Notes: generated by a model not told the origin, from the letters alone. Numbered from the stretch's first letter, positions 31,073 to 41,130 are shown. The stretch is 64,000 nt of DNA from an uncultured delta proteobacterium (GCA_963815115.1 CAWFFN010000008.1:416001-480000); one strand, 5' to 3'. Made by a program: numbers and translations.

Positions 31073-32053
31073 TTACTGCGCGGCGCCGAACCGCCGCTGG
31101 AGCCAGTCGACCAGGATCCGGTTCAGCGTCTCGGGATGCTCCTGCTGCGTCCAGTGGCCGCAGCGCGCGATGGTGACCATCTCGAGGTCGTCGACCAGCG
31201 ACTGCATCGCCGACGCCATCTCGGGACGCAGCGCCGCGTCCCACTCGGCCACCACCATGAGCGACGGCACGGTGATGCGCGCCCCGTCGAGGTGCGGCGT
31301 CGCCCTCCAGTTCCGGTCCATGTTGCGGTACCAGTTGATTCCGCCCGTGAACCCGGTGCGCGTGAAGGCTTCGACGTAGGCCTCGAGCTCCCCCTCCGTG
31401 AGGAGCGGCTCGCCGAGCGTATCGGGATCCTCGACCAGCTCGACCAGGTTCGGCATGCGGCCGCGCGCCGTGAGGCGTGCCTCGACGTCCGACAGCGGGA
31501 CACCGCGGCGCACGAGCTGGGTGAACACCCGGCGCACGTCGCGCGCCAGCGCCGCGTCGGCCACGCCGGGCTGCTGGAAGTGCGCGATGTAGTGGTTGTC
31601 GCCGAGGGCCGCGCGGATCATCTCGACGGGAGGCATGGGGGCGCGCGGAAAGTAGGGCGTGTTCACGCCGACGACGCCCGCCGTGCGCGCGGCATGGAGG
31701 AGCGGCATCATCCACACCACCAGCCCACCCCAGTCGTGCCCGACGAAGACGGCGCGCTCGATGCCGAGCGCGTCGAGCAGCCCGATCAGGTCGCCGGTCA
31801 GGTGATGGATGTCATAGGCGCCCACCTCCGACGGTCGATCGCTCTCGCCGTAGCCGCGCTGGTCCGGGGCGAGCACGCGGAAGCCGGCGTCGACCAGCGC
31901 GGGCACCTGATGGCGCCACGAGTAGGCGATCTCGGGGAAGCCATGGCAGAGCACCACCGCCGGCCCCGAACCCTCGTCCCGCACCGCGAGCCGGATGCCG
32001 TTGGTCGAGACGACGCGGTTCGTGAAGCCGCCCACGGGCGCGGGTTGTTGCAC
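31073..32053 (-). CDS. Alpha/beta hydrolase, epoxide hydrolase family
   Basis: HGFPE, PDQRGYG, GHDWGG, NWYRN, GHWTQQE; start codon uncertain. Confidence 0.9.
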   Translation of the reverse strand: MQQPAPVGGFTNRVVSTNGIRLAVRDEGSGPAVVLCHGFPEIAYSWRHQVPALVDAGFRVLAPDQRGYGESDRPSEVGAYDIHHLTGDLIGLLDALGIERAVFVGHDWGGLVVWMMPLLHAARTAGVVGVNTPYFPRAPMPPVEMIRAALGDNHYIAHFQQPGVADAALARDVRRVFTQLVRRGVPLSDVEARLTARGRMPNLVELVEDPDTLGEPLLTEGELEAYVEAFTRTGFTGGINWYRNMDRNWRATPHLDGARITVPSLMVVAEWDAALRPEMASAMQSLVDDLEMVTIARCGHWTQQEHPETLNRILVDWLQRRFGAAQ

Positions 32054-32076
32054 GCGGCCTGCCGAGGGGCAAGGGC

Positions 32077-32563
32077 TCAGGGATCGGACCTGGCGCGGAA
32101 CTCCCGGGGGTCACTGCGCGTGCTCATGCTGAACGTCGCCTCGAAGCACGTCGGGGTGAGGCGAGGCTGCAGCTGCACCCGCACCGGCGTGGAGAGGGGG
32201 AGCCGGTCCGGATGCCCGGAGTCCTGGACTCGGATCTTCGATCGACCGGCCGCGGGCCGCCGTCCTCGTTCCCGGTGACCGTCGCATTCGAGAGGATCAG
32301 CGTGCTCCCTCCACGCCGCTCCCCGCCAGCGTCAGCGTGTACGCTCCCGCCGGCACCATCACGACGTCGGCACCGTCGCCCGCCGGGCACGTATCGACGG
32401 CCGTATCGGCGTTCGCGGCGACGATGGCCTCGCGCAGCGTGCAGGTCCCGTCGACGGCGACGCTGTCCGCCGCGGAATCCACCGTGATCGTCGTCCCGCT
32501 GGCGGCAACCGGAACCCCGAGCGCGAGGACGGCGAGAAAGATCCGGGACGGCGCGAATCGCAT
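32077..32563 (-). pseudogene. Internally deleted CSLREA-domain secreted protein
   Basis: Signal peptide plus TITVDS..DGTCTLREAI..AN; frameshifted beta-helix fragment (TLILSNATVTGN); C-terminal fragment LPLSTPVRVQLQ..CFEATFS..FRARSDP* in a third frame. Confidence 0.65.
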
Positions 32564-32640
32564 GACGCCCCCCCTCTCCGGTCACGGACGCGCGACACCA
32601 GCGTCGGGCCTCGGGGGTGGTCAAGAAGATAGACCCACGA

Positions 32641-33927
32641 TCACCCCGGCGGACGTGGCAGGACGAGCGTCCAGGGCGGCGGCCAGATGCGCAGCGGCCG
32701 CGACGGATCGACCTCCCACGAGCGCACCTCGTCGGGCCAGCTCGGCCACGCCGGCTGCCAGCGCAGCGAGGAGCGGTAGTGCAGCACACCCTGCGCCAGC
32801 CCGGCACACAGGAGCAGCGTGCACACCGCCGGCCGCAGCCGGCCGCTCCCGGGTCGTGCGCCGCCGAGCAGCAGGAGCAGCACGAGAACGCCGGACGCGT
32901 AGACGTAGCGTGACGAGGCCCACACGCCGTGGAGCAGCATCGCCTTGTCGCCGACCGCCGTGAGCAGCGTGAGCGTCGTCACCACGGCGTAGCCGCCGAC
33001 GAGCGCGAGGCGCTCGTCCGTTCGCAACCCGCGAGCGATCCACCCGATCGCTGCCGCGGCGAGCGCGAGCAGCAGCACGCCCTCGAACGGCCCGGGCTCT
33101 CCCGCGCTCCGCAACAGGACCGAGAGGCGCTGGGCCACGTCGGGCCCGAGCGTCGGCACGACGAGCGTCCGCACCCAGACCGTGCCGGCGAAGATGCCGA
33201 GGTCGAGCCCCTGCGCGCGCGTCGGAAGATGCTGCCCCGATCCCGCCGCGCGCCACAGGCAGGCGATCTGCACCACGGCGCACGCGGCGAGGAGCGCCGC
33301 CTGCACGACCGCCGGCCGGGTCCGGGCGCGCCACGCGCGCCAGGCGAAGAGCGGGGCGAGGGCGCTCGCCGCCGGCGCCGACAACCCGGCGAAGACGAGC
33401 AGCGCGCTGCGCGCCCACCCTGCGCCGCCCCGATCATCCGGCGGCTCGAGGAGGAGCAGCGCCGTGGCGACCACGAGCCACGGCTGCGCGTTGATCGTGT
33501 TCAGCCAGATCTCGTCGGTGAGCGCACCGAAGAGGACGATCGCGACCCCGGCGCAGCGGCGGAGCGCTCCGCTCCAGAGCGGCGCCCGGCTGGTCGCGAT
33601 CACGGCCACCGGCAGGAGCTGCACCGCGAACGCGACCAGGACCGTGACCAGCGGCGCGCGCGCCAGCGGGAGGCTCCCGCCGCGCACGAGAGTAGCCGCC
33701 AGCGTGGTCGCGAGGTTGGCGCACAGGAGGAGGTAGCCGGCGGGACGATAGGTGAGCGCCTCGCGCAGCGGATGCGCCCACGCGACCGCGAAGTACAGCG
33801 TGCCCTCCTCGGCCCAGAAGCTGGGCGTCGAGAAGTACACCGGCGCGCGCAGCACCATCAGCAACGCCGCCCCGAGGAGGAGCGCCGGGCGCAAGGCGCC
33901 ACCGGCCGCGGGCGTGTCCCTGCTCAC
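32641..33927 (-). CDS. Polytopic membrane protein, possible GT-C fold
   Basis: FWAEEG..Y..AGYL in first loop, many TMs, RY motif, C-terminal IWPPPW. Confidence 0.55.
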   Translation of the reverse strand: MSRDTPAAGGALRPALLLGAALLMVLRAPVYFSTPSFWAEEGTLYFAVAWAHPLREALTYRPAGYLLLCANLATTLAATLVRGGSLPLARAPLVTVLVAFAVQLLPVAVIATSRAPLWSGALRRCAGVAIVLFGALTDEIWLNTINAQPWLVVATALLLLEPPDDRGGAGWARSALLVFAGLSAPAASALAPLFAWRAWRARTRPAVVQAALLAACAVVQIACLWRAAGSGQHLPTRAQGLDLGIFAGTVWVRTLVVPTLGPDVAQRLSVLLRSAGEPGPFEGVLLLALAAAAIGWIARGLRTDERLALVGGYAVVTTLTLLTAVGDKAMLLHGVWASSRYVYASGVLVLLLLLGGARPGSGRLRPAVCTLLLCAGLAQGVLHYRSSLRWQPAWPSWPDEVRSWEVDPSRPLRIWPPPWTLVLPRPPG

Positions 33928-33946
33928 GCCGCCGGTGCCGCCGCGC

Positions 33947-34357
33947 TCAGCTCGCCGGTCGCCATTGCGGCACGAGGTCGCCGTCGGGTGACGGTGCGAA
34001 GTCGACCCGCATCGCCATGTCCATCCGCAGCGTCTCGGGCCCTGCCCCGACGAGATTGCCCATCGTGCGCACGCCCTCCTCGCACTCGACCAGGACGACG
34101 ACGTACGGCGCGCGCTCCTTCCACACCGGCAACAGCGGCGGATGGCACACCACCCACGACAACAGCCTCGCCCGGCCGCTCGCCGGAGCCCACTCGGCGG
34201 CGAACGACCGGCAGCGCGGACACATCGGTCCGGGCGGATGCCGCCACGCCCCGCACTCGGCGCAGCGCTGGAAACGCAGCTCGCGACGGCGCCCGGCCTC
34301 CCAGTACGGGATCCAGTCCGCCCCGCCGGTCCGGCGCACGAACTCCTCGTCCGCCAT
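33947..34357 (-). CDS. DUF35 Zn-ribbon/OB-fold protein
   Basis: PYWEA, QRCAECG..PP..CPRC, PYVVVLV..EG.R; directly follows the thiolase-like gene. Confidence 0.88.
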   Translation of the reverse strand: MADEEFVRRTGGADWIPYWEAGRRRELRFQRCAECGAWRHPPGPMCPRCRSFAAEWAPASGRARLLSWVVCHPPLLPVWKERAPYVVVLVECEEGVRTMGNLVGAGPETLRMDMAMRVDFAPSPDGDLVPQWRPAS

Positions 34358-34358
34358 C

Positions 34359-35522
34359 TCAGTCCCCGCGCAGCAGCAGGGCGCCCGTCGGCACCATGTT
34401 GCCGCTCGTCGCCAGCGAGAGCTGCGCCCCGGGCACCTGGTTGCACGACGTGCCGCGGATCTGTCGCACCGCCTCGATGATCAGGTTGATCCCGTGCACG
34501 TACGCCTCGGACAGGCTGCCGCCGCTGGTGTTGCAGGGCAGCCTGCCGCCCACCTCGAGACCGCCGTCCTCGACGAACGCGCCGGCCTCGCCCGGCTTGC
34601 AGAAGCCGTACTCCTCGAGCGAGGCGAGCACCAGCGGGGTGAAGGCGTCGTAGAGCTGCGCGACCTGCACGTCCCCGGGTCCCACGCCCGCCATGCGCCA
34701 GAGGTCGCGCGCCGCGTGTGCTCCCGGCGACTCGAGGAACGGATCCTTGAAGAAGTTGTTCATCGTGAAGTTGCGCGGTCCCATGCCCTGCGCCGCGGCG
34801 CGGATGTAGGCCGGCTTCTGACGGCAGTCGCGGGCCATCGCGGCGTCGGCCACGATCACGGCGGCGGCGCCATCCGTTTCCAGGCAGTTGTCGAACAGGC
34901 GGAGCGGGTCGGAGATCATGCGCGAGCGCGCGTGATCCTCGAGCGTCATCGGCTCGCGCATCATCGCCATCGGGTTGTTGACCGCGTGCTTGCGGGTGCT
35001 GACCGCGATCCAGCCGAGGTGCCGCGTGGTGTAGCCACGCTCGTGGAGGAAGCGGCGCGCGAACATGGCCACCTGATCCACCGGCCGCACGAAGCCGTAG
35101 GGCGCGAAGAAGGCGGTCTCGTTGCCCTCGGCCTGCGCGTGATCGCGCTCGCGCGACGTCCCGGCCCACGGGCGGCCGCCGGACCCGCGGTTGCGCGAGC
35201 GGTAGACGAGGACGCAGCGTGCCATGCCGGCGGCTATGGCGGCCGCCGCGTGTCCGACCACGCCGCAGCCCCCGCCTCCGCCGTAGCCGACCTCGCCGAA
35301 CCAGCGCAGGTTCGGCACGCCGAGGTTGCGGGCGATGGCGTTCTCGGACGTGACCTGGATGCTCCACTTGCTCATGCCGTCGACGTCCGACGGCTCGAGT
35401 CCGGCGTCCGCGAGGGCGAGCGTGGCCGCTTCCAGCGCCGTCACTTCCTCCGAGCGCCCGATGTTCTTGGAGAACGGGAGCTGCCCGATCCCGACGATCG
35501 CCGCCTGGTCCCGGAGCGACAC
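34359..35522 (-). CDS. Thiolase-like lipid-transfer protein (Ltp2-like aldolase type)
   Basis: AIVGIG, GGGG in place of the catalytic Cys, LYDAFT, NTSGGSLSEAYVHG. Confidence 0.85.
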   Translation of the reverse strand: MSLRDQAAIVGIGQLPFSKNIGRSEEVTALEAATLALADAGLEPSDVDGMSKWSIQVTSENAIARNLGVPNLRWFGEVGYGGGGGCGVVGHAAAAIAAGMARCVLVYRSRNRGSGGRPWAGTSRERDHAQAEGNETAFFAPYGFVRPVDQVAMFARRFLHERGYTTRHLGWIAVSTRKHAVNNPMAMMREPMTLEDHARSRMISDPLRLFDNCLETDGAAAVIVADAAMARDCRQKPAYIRAAAQGMGPRNFTMNNFFKDPFLESPGAHAARDLWRMAGVGPGDVQVAQLYDAFTPLVLASLEEYGFCKPGEAGAFVEDGGLEVGGRLPCNTSGGSLSEAYVHGINLIIEAVRQIRGTSCNQVPGAQLSLATSGNMVPTGALLLRGD

Positions 35523-35571
35523 GACGCGTGTGTAGCAGGCGTGGCGATGTCCCGCCAAGACGCGATTCGTC

Positions 35572-35601
35572 TTGACGCGCGGCGCGAGGGAACGATACAG
35601 C
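35572..35601 (+). promoter_or_regulatory. Putative sigma-70 promoter for 35647-40366
   Basis: TTGACG-N18-TACAGC upstream of a GGGGGAA SD and ATG 35647; -10 element is weak. Confidence 0.3.
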
Positions 35602-35646
35602 ACGCGAGCGTCTCCGCGTCTCGACCACCAGGGGGGGAACCACGTC

Positions 35647-37953
35647 ATGAGGATCCGCACGCTCGTCGCTCTCGTCGCGCTCGTCTCGAGCGCCGCCGGA
35701 TCGGCTTTCGCCAGCAGCTGCCCGGTGCTGACCGCGAGTCAGCTCGCGTGCCAGAAGGGCGTCGCCAAGGCCGGTGCCAAGTACTCCAAGACCGCGCTGA
35801 AGACGATCGAGAAGTGCCTGCAAGCGATCCAGTCCGGGAAGCTCACCGGCAACCCGGCTACCGTCTGCCTGGGGACCTCGCCGAGCGACGCCAGCACCGC
35901 CACCAAGATGACCAAGGCGGCCCAGAAGGTCGGCGAGGCGGTACCGAAGGCGTGCAACGACACCGATGCCGCCGCGTTCCAGGACGCCAACCTCGGCACC
36001 GGCGCGGCCTGCGCGCCGACCGCCGCGGGACTCGCCACGTGCCTCGTCTCCAACATGCTGGGACACGTCACGAGCGCCGCGGGGGCCGCCTACGGCACCG
36101 TCGTCGCGTCGGCCGACAAGGGCGTCCAGAAGTGCCAGAAGATCCTCGGCAAGGAGTCGGCGAAGTTCGTCAAGACGAAGCTGAAGGCGGTCCAGCGGTG
36201 CCTCGACACGCGCAACGAGGCGTGCGGCTCGGCGAGTCCGGTGGTGCGCTGTCTGGCGCCGCAGGCCGGCGGCCCGGCCGCGGAGACCGCGCTTCTCTCG
36301 ACCGTCGCCACCGCCGAGACCAAGCTGCGCGCCAAGATCGCGAAGGCCTGCACCGACACCCAGGTCGCCGCCCTCGACGCCTGCGGCAACGACGTCGCCG
36401 GCGTGAGCAACTGCCTGGTGTGCGCGCACGGCAACGCCGCCGACTTGCTCGCGGCCGATCAGAACGGCTCCGTGCACGCGGTCACTCCGGCCAGCACGGC
36501 GGCGGCGGCGGCGAACGCGGCCAACGCCGAGGACACGATCCTCCTCGAGCCCGGCAGCTACGTCGAGGAGGTCACGCTCAAGGATTCCGGCCTCACCGTG
36601 AAGGGCGTGAAGGACTGCGTGAGCGGCGCGCGTGCCGTCTTCACGCCGCCGAACGCGAGCTCGCTCTACGGCGTCCAGCACTGCGGCTCGCTCGTGCCGA
36701 GCTGCACCGACATCTCCGACAACGTGCTGCTGCAGGGATTCGAGGTGAACGACTATCTCGAGAACGACATCTACAACGTCGGCGTCGACGGCATCACCTA
36801 TCGCGACATGGTGACGCGCGGGCCGGGCGTGAACGGCCGGGCGCGCTACGGCGTGTTCCCGGTCGGCAGCCACGACGTCCTGGTCGAGGACTGCCTCGTC
36901 ACCGGCATCAGCGACGCCGGCATCTACGTCGGCCAGTCCGACGGCATCATCGTGCGCAACAACGAGGTGCACGACAGCGTGGCCGGCATCGAGATCGAGA
37001 ACTCCGCCAACGCCGAGGTCTACGGCAACTACGCGCACGACAACGCGGGCGGCATCCTGGTCTTCAAGCTGCCGTTCTACCTGAACCAGACCTCCAACTG
37101 CCACGACATCCACGACAACCGCGCGCTCAACAACAACGGCCCGAACTACGGCTCCGGCACCGTCGGCCTCGTGCCTCCCGGCACCGGCATGCTGATCCTG
37201 TCGAACGACAGCGGCATCTTCCAGAACAACACCGTCACCGGGAACAAGACGATCGGCGTCTCCGTCGTCGACCAGCAGATCCTGAACCTGCTCTTCGATC
37301 CGGATCCGTTCGACACGCTGAGCGCGAACCAGGACGTCAACGACAACGCCTTCGTCGGCAACACGATCACCGGCAACGGCTTCGATCCGGATTCGGCGGT
37401 GGCTGCGTTCGCTGCCGACGTCGTCTTCGCCCCGCTGGCGGCGAGCGGCAACTGCCAGAACGGGAACACCTACAACACGGACGTCGGCAACGCCTTCACG
37501 AACCTGCCGGCGTGCCCGGGCGCGGTATCGCCCCGGCCCGGCTGCCCCTTCGTGGCCACGACCACCACCACGACCACCACCTCGGCGTCGTCGACCACGA
37601 CCTCGACCACGCTGCCGTGGACCTTCGCGGCGCAGGTCCAGCCGCTCCTCGCCACCAACTGCGCCGGCTGCCACGGCGGTCCCGCCACCGCGCAGTACGC
37701 CGGCCTGAAGGATCTCGACGACCCGGCGCTCGCGTACGCCCACATCGTGAACGTGGTCAGCACCGAGCTCCCGACCATGGACCGGATCGAGCCGGGCAAT
37801 CACGCGCTCAGCTACCTGTGGAACAAGATCAACGGGACGCAGCTCGACGTCGGGGGCGCCGGCGTCCGGATGCCGCAGTTCGGGCCGTACCTCAGCCAGA
37901 GTGACATCGACGGCATCGCCGGCTGGATCGATGCCGGTGCCTTGAACAACTGA
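35647..37953 (+). CDS. Secreted protein: Cys/Lys helical repeats + parallel beta-helix + Thr linker + c-type cytochrome
   Basis: Signal peptide; two CQK..K..C repeats; [32 protein letters not shown] beta-helix; CAGCH heme motif with distal RMP. Confidence 0.8.
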   Translation: MRIRTLVALVALVSSAAGSAFASSCPVLTASQLACQKGVAKAGAKYSKTALKTIEKCLQAIQSGKLTGNPATVCLGTSPSDASTATKMTKAAQKVGEAVPKACNDTDAAAFQDANLGTGAACAPTAAGLATCLVSNMLGHVTSAAGAAYGTVVASADKGVQKCQKILGKESAKFVKTKLKAVQRCLDTRNEACGSASPVVRCLAPQAGGPAAETALLSTVATAETKLRAKIAKACTDTQVAALDACGNDVAGVSNCLVCAHGNAADLLAADQNGSVHAVTPASTAAAAANAANAEDTILLEPGSYVEEVTLKDSGLTVKGVKDCVSGARAVFTPPNASSLYGVQHCGSLVPSCTDISDNVLLQGFEVNDYLENDIYNVGVDGITYRDMVTRGPGVNGRARYGVFPVGSHDVLVEDCLVTGISDAGIYVGQSDGIIVRNNEVHDSVAGIEIENSANAEVYGNYAHDNAGGILVFKLPFYLNQTSNCHDIHDNRALNNNGPNYGSGTVGLVPPGTGMLILSNDSGIFQNNTVTGNKTIGVSVVDQQILNLLFDPDPFDTLSANQDVNDNAFVGNTITGNGFDPDSAVAAFAADVVFAPLAASGNCQNGNTYNTDVGNAFTNLPACPGAVSPRPGCPFVATTTTTTTTSASSTTTSTTLPWTFAAQVQPLLATNCAGCHGGPATAQYAGLKDLDDPALAYAHIVNVVSTELPTMDRIEPGNHALSYLWNKINGTQLDVGGAGVRMPQFGPYLSQSDIDGIAGWIDAGALNN
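37558..37611 (+). repeat. Thr/Ser-rich low-complexity linker
   Basis: [18 protein letters not shown] (ACC/ACG runs). Confidence 0.8.
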
Positions 37954-37962
37954 AGTCGCCAC

Positions 37963-37996
37963 GGGCGGCGTCCCGGCGAGCGCCGGGACGCCGCCC
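37963..37996. repeat. Perfect 16-bp inverted repeat between the two cytochrome genes
   Basis: GGGCGGCGTCCCGGCG-AG-CGCCGGGACGCCGCCC; no U-tract; ends 9 nt before ATG 38006. Confidence 0.7.
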
Positions 37997-38005
37997 GCCC
38001 TTCAC

Positions 38006-40366
38006 ATGCGTACCAGCCTCCTCCTGATCGCGGCACTCCTCGGGTTCCCGTTCACGAGCCTCGCGGGCCCCTTCACCGCCAAGGGCACGCAACCCGGCCT
38101 CACCCACCCGATCCTTCCGGGCGGCGTCTGCCAGGGCTGCCATGGCGACTACGACGCTTCCCACGACGTCGAGCCGGGGCCGACGTGGTCGGGCTCCATG
38201 ATGGCGCAGGCGTCGCGCGATCCACTCTTCTGGGCGGCGCTCGACGTCGCCAACCACGACCTGCCGGACATCGGCGAGTGGTGCATGCGATGCCACGTAT
38301 CGGAGGGCTGGCTCGCGGGACGCTCCGAGCCGCCGGGCGGCAGCACGGACGGCTGCGGCCTGGTCGGGAAGCTCGACGAGCCCAACAACGATTTCGACGG
38401 CGTCAGCTGCCACCTCTGCCATCGCATGGAGGTGAACGGGTCGCCGCCGCCCGGGCAGACGTCGCTCTATCTCGACAACGCGCAGTACTGGCTCGACGAC
38501 GGCGACTGCGGCGGTCAGGGCGAGCCCTGCCGTCACGGCCCGTACGACTACTCGATCGCCGGCGCCCAGCCCGCGCCACATCCCTGGGCGTTCTCGCCCT
38601 ATGTCCAGGCCTCCGAGCTGTGCGCCACCTGCCACAACGTCACCAATCCGGCGAAGAACCTGATCCTCGACGGTGCCGATGCCGGGATCCGCTTCCCGAT
38701 CGAGCGCACCTACCGGGAGTGGCAGCTGAGTGACTTCGGCTTCCCGGTCTCCGTGCCGGGCCCCGACTTCACGACCTGCCAGGGCTGCCACATGCCGGAG
38801 TCCGGCATCTCGCCGGCGTATGCCTCGTCGTTCCTGCTGAACGACCACACCGGCGATCTGCCGGTGCACCGCTTCGTCGGCGGCAACGCCTGGATCCCGG
38901 ACGTGCTCCGGCAGGCGTACCCCAACCTCGGGCTGGGGCCGAACCTGCAGACGACGCGCGACTGGGCGCTCGACCTGCTGCAGCACCACGCCGCGACGGT
39001 CACCGTCTCCGCGCCCGCGGCGGTGCGGCCGGGCAGCTCCCTCGCCGCGTCGGTCACGGTGACGAACCTCACCGGCCACAAGCTGCCCACCGGCTACCCC
39101 GAGGGACGGCGCATGTGGCTGCAGGTGGAGGCGCGCGACGGCGCCGGGACGCTGGTATGGGCGAGCGGCGCCTACGATCCGGCCACGGGCGTGCTCACCC
39201 GTGACGCGCAGGCGAAGGTCTACGAGTCGAAGCAGGGCGTGTGGAACCCCGCCACCTCGTCGTGCGAGACCGAGAATGCGGGGATCGACCACTTCCACTT
39301 CGTGCTGAACGACTGCGTCGCGCTCGACAACCGCATCCCGCCGAAGGGGTTCACCGGCGGCGGCGATCTGCAGACCCACCCGGTCGGCTACGTCTATCCC
39401 GAGACGTCTCCCGGCTCGGGCGTGCTGGTGAACCAGGACGTCACGTCCTACAGCATCCCGGTGCCGCCGACGGCGGTGACGCCGATCACCGTGACCGCCA
39501 CCCTTCGCTACCAGACCACCAGCAAGGAGTACGTCGACTTCCTGGTCGACGAGGCCGACACGCACGGCTTCCCGAACGACTGCCTGCAGCGCACCACGGG
39601 CCTGCCGGGCAAGAGCCGGGCGCGCGTCCTGCTCGATCTGTGGAACGCCTACGATCGCTCGCCGCCGGTCGACATGGGAAGCGTCTCGGCGACGGCGGCG
39701 GTCGCGGCCGTCGATCCCTACCTGTGCTACAAGGCAAAGCCGACCAAGGGCAGCACGCCGTTCGCGCCCGTCCCCGCAATCGCCCTGGACGACGATCTGG
39801 GCGGCGGCTCCTTCGATGCCAAGAAGCCGGCTCTGTTGTGCGCCGCCGCGACGGCGGCCCTCGACCCGTCTGCACGCCTGGTCGCCTATCAGGTGAAGAC
39901 GACCTCCGGCACGCCGAAGCCGGCGCCGCGCACGGCGATCACCGTGCAGGACGCGATCGGGACTCTCACCCTCGACGCGGTGAAGCCGGAGCTCCTCGCG
40001 CTGCCTGCGGCGAGCGGCGGTCCCGCGCCCGCGGCGGACGATCTCACCTGCTGGAAGGTCAAGACGTCGAAGGGCTCCTCTCCCTTCCCGCACGACGTGC
40101 AGGTGACGACGGGCTCCGCCTTCACGTCGCCGTCGAAGACGTTCGCGCTCAAGAAGCCACGCAGGCTCTGCGTCGCGACGGACCGCGACGGCAACGGGCG
40201 CTCGACGCCGCACCCGAACCTCCTCTGCTACCAGGCGAAGCCGGCGAAGGGTCAGCCCAAGCACGTGCCCGCCCAGGCTCTGGGCCTGGCCGACGACTTC
40301 GGCTCGCACGTGCTCGACGCCGCCGCGGACGACGAGCTCTGCCTTCCGGCGACGATCGCGCCCTAG
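38006..40366 (+). CDS. Secreted pentaheme c-type cytochrome with C-terminal repeat domain
   Basis: Signal peptide; CQGCH, CMRCH, CHLCH, CATCH, CQGCH; GHKLPTG..RRMWL; C-terminal L/T-C-Y/W-K/Q-x-K repeats. Confidence 0.85.
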   Translation: MRTSLLLIAALLGFPFTSLAGPFTAKGTQPGLTHPILPGGVCQGCHGDYDASHDVEPGPTWSGSMMAQASRDPLFWAALDVANHDLPDIGEWCMRCHVSEGWLAGRSEPPGGSTDGCGLVGKLDEPNNDFDGVSCHLCHRMEVNGSPPPGQTSLYLDNAQYWLDDGDCGGQGEPCRHGPYDYSIAGAQPAPHPWAFSPYVQASELCATCHNVTNPAKNLILDGADAGIRFPIERTYREWQLSDFGFPVSVPGPDFTTCQGCHMPESGISPAYASSFLLNDHTGDLPVHRFVGGNAWIPDVLRQAYPNLGLGPNLQTTRDWALDLLQHHAATVTVSAPAAVRPGSSLAASVTVTNLTGHKLPTGYPEGRRMWLQVEARDGAGTLVWASGAYDPATGVLTRDAQAKVYESKQGVWNPATSSCETENAGIDHFHFVLNDCVALDNRIPPKGFTGGGDLQTHPVGYVYPETSPGSGVLVNQDVTSYSIPVPPTAVTPITVTATLRYQTTSKEYVDFLVDEADTHGFPNDCLQRTTGLPGKSRARVLLDLWNAYDRSPPVDMGSVSATAAVAAVDPYLCYKAKPTKGSTPFAPVPAIALDDDLGGGSFDAKKPALLCAAATAALDPSARLVAYQVKTTSGTPKPAPRTAITVQDAIGTLTLDAVKPELLALPAASGGPAPAADDLTCWKVKTSKGSSPFPHDVQVTTGSAFTSPSKTFALKKPRRLCVATDRDGNGRSTPHPNLLCYQAKPAKGQPKHVPAQALGLADDFGSHVLDAAADDELCLPATIAP

Positions 40367-41130
40367 CGAGTGGGCGGAAAGCCGTCGCCGTCGAGATCGC
40401 GAATCGGACACCCCGGTTCGCAGAAGTCGCGCTGCAGCCTGAGCTGGACCCCCGAGTCCAGGCGCTTCACCCAGACGATGACGGTGTAGGCGGTGCGCGA
40501 CTCGAAGCGCGCCGGCCTTGCCGTCAGCCCGGGGAGCGGTTCCCCGCTGCAGTCCGGATCGCCGGGGGGAAAGACCGCCAGGGTGTAGGTACCGGGAGGA
40601 ACAGTCACCACGGTGTCCTCCGGGTAGGAGAGCGGACCGGTGAGACACCCGACACCGAGGGCACCGATCCTGACGCCGTCGGCGCTCGCCGACGGCACAC
40701 CGTTGACGACGCGAAGGTTGGCCGCGTCCCGCTTTAGCCTCCGTGGCGTCTCGTCGAGCACCTCGACCGTACAGGTCTCGTCCATCGCGGACGTCTGACG
40801 GATCCAGGCCGTCAGACGCCTTCTGCGGGCCTTCGGGCCGTACCGCCAGACCTCGGGGTACTTGTGGGTGATCGGGTTCAGCGGCCAGCTCGCAGCGACA
40901 CCTCGCCGTGCCGGGTCGCCGCAGAGCGAGGCGAGGAACTCCGTGGTGAACCGGTACTGGTTATACCAGGGGTTGATGTCGGCGCTCTCGGAGAGCTCCG
41001 CGCTACCGAGGTAGCTGTCGATCACTCGAACGCGGTAGCGAGCGAGTGGGTCGGAGCTCTGCGCGTTCACCACCGCAGCGGCAAGGAGCAGCGCTGCGGC
41101 CACGAGCACGTCGGTCGGTCTGGTCCGCAT
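40363..41130 (-). CDS. Secreted hypothetical protein with possible DUF4397-like C-terminal domain
   Basis: GGGGG SD; signal peptide; ANLRVVNGVP..V.VPPGTYTLAV..AYTVIV. Confidence 0.55.
   Translation of the reverse strand: MRTRPTDVLVAAALLLAAAVVNAQSSDPLARYRVRVIDSYLGSAELSESADINPWYNQYRFTTEFLASLCGDPARRGVAASWPLNPITHKYPEVWRYGPKARRRRLTAWIRQTSAMDETCTVEVLDETPRRLKRDAANLRVVNGVPSASADGVRIGALGVGCLTGPLSYPEDTVVTVPPGTYTLAVFPPGDPDCSGEPLPGLTARPARFESRTAYTVIVWVKRLDSGVQLRLQRDFCEPGCPIRDLDGDGFPPTR

Noticed and set aside
32641-37962. 1773-aa minus-strand ORF and other very long antisense ORFs (for example 26890-29991, 34017-37904, 13659-16625)
   Set aside because: Shadow ORFs of high-GC coding DNA; only the last 428 codons of the 1773-aa ORF look like a real protein
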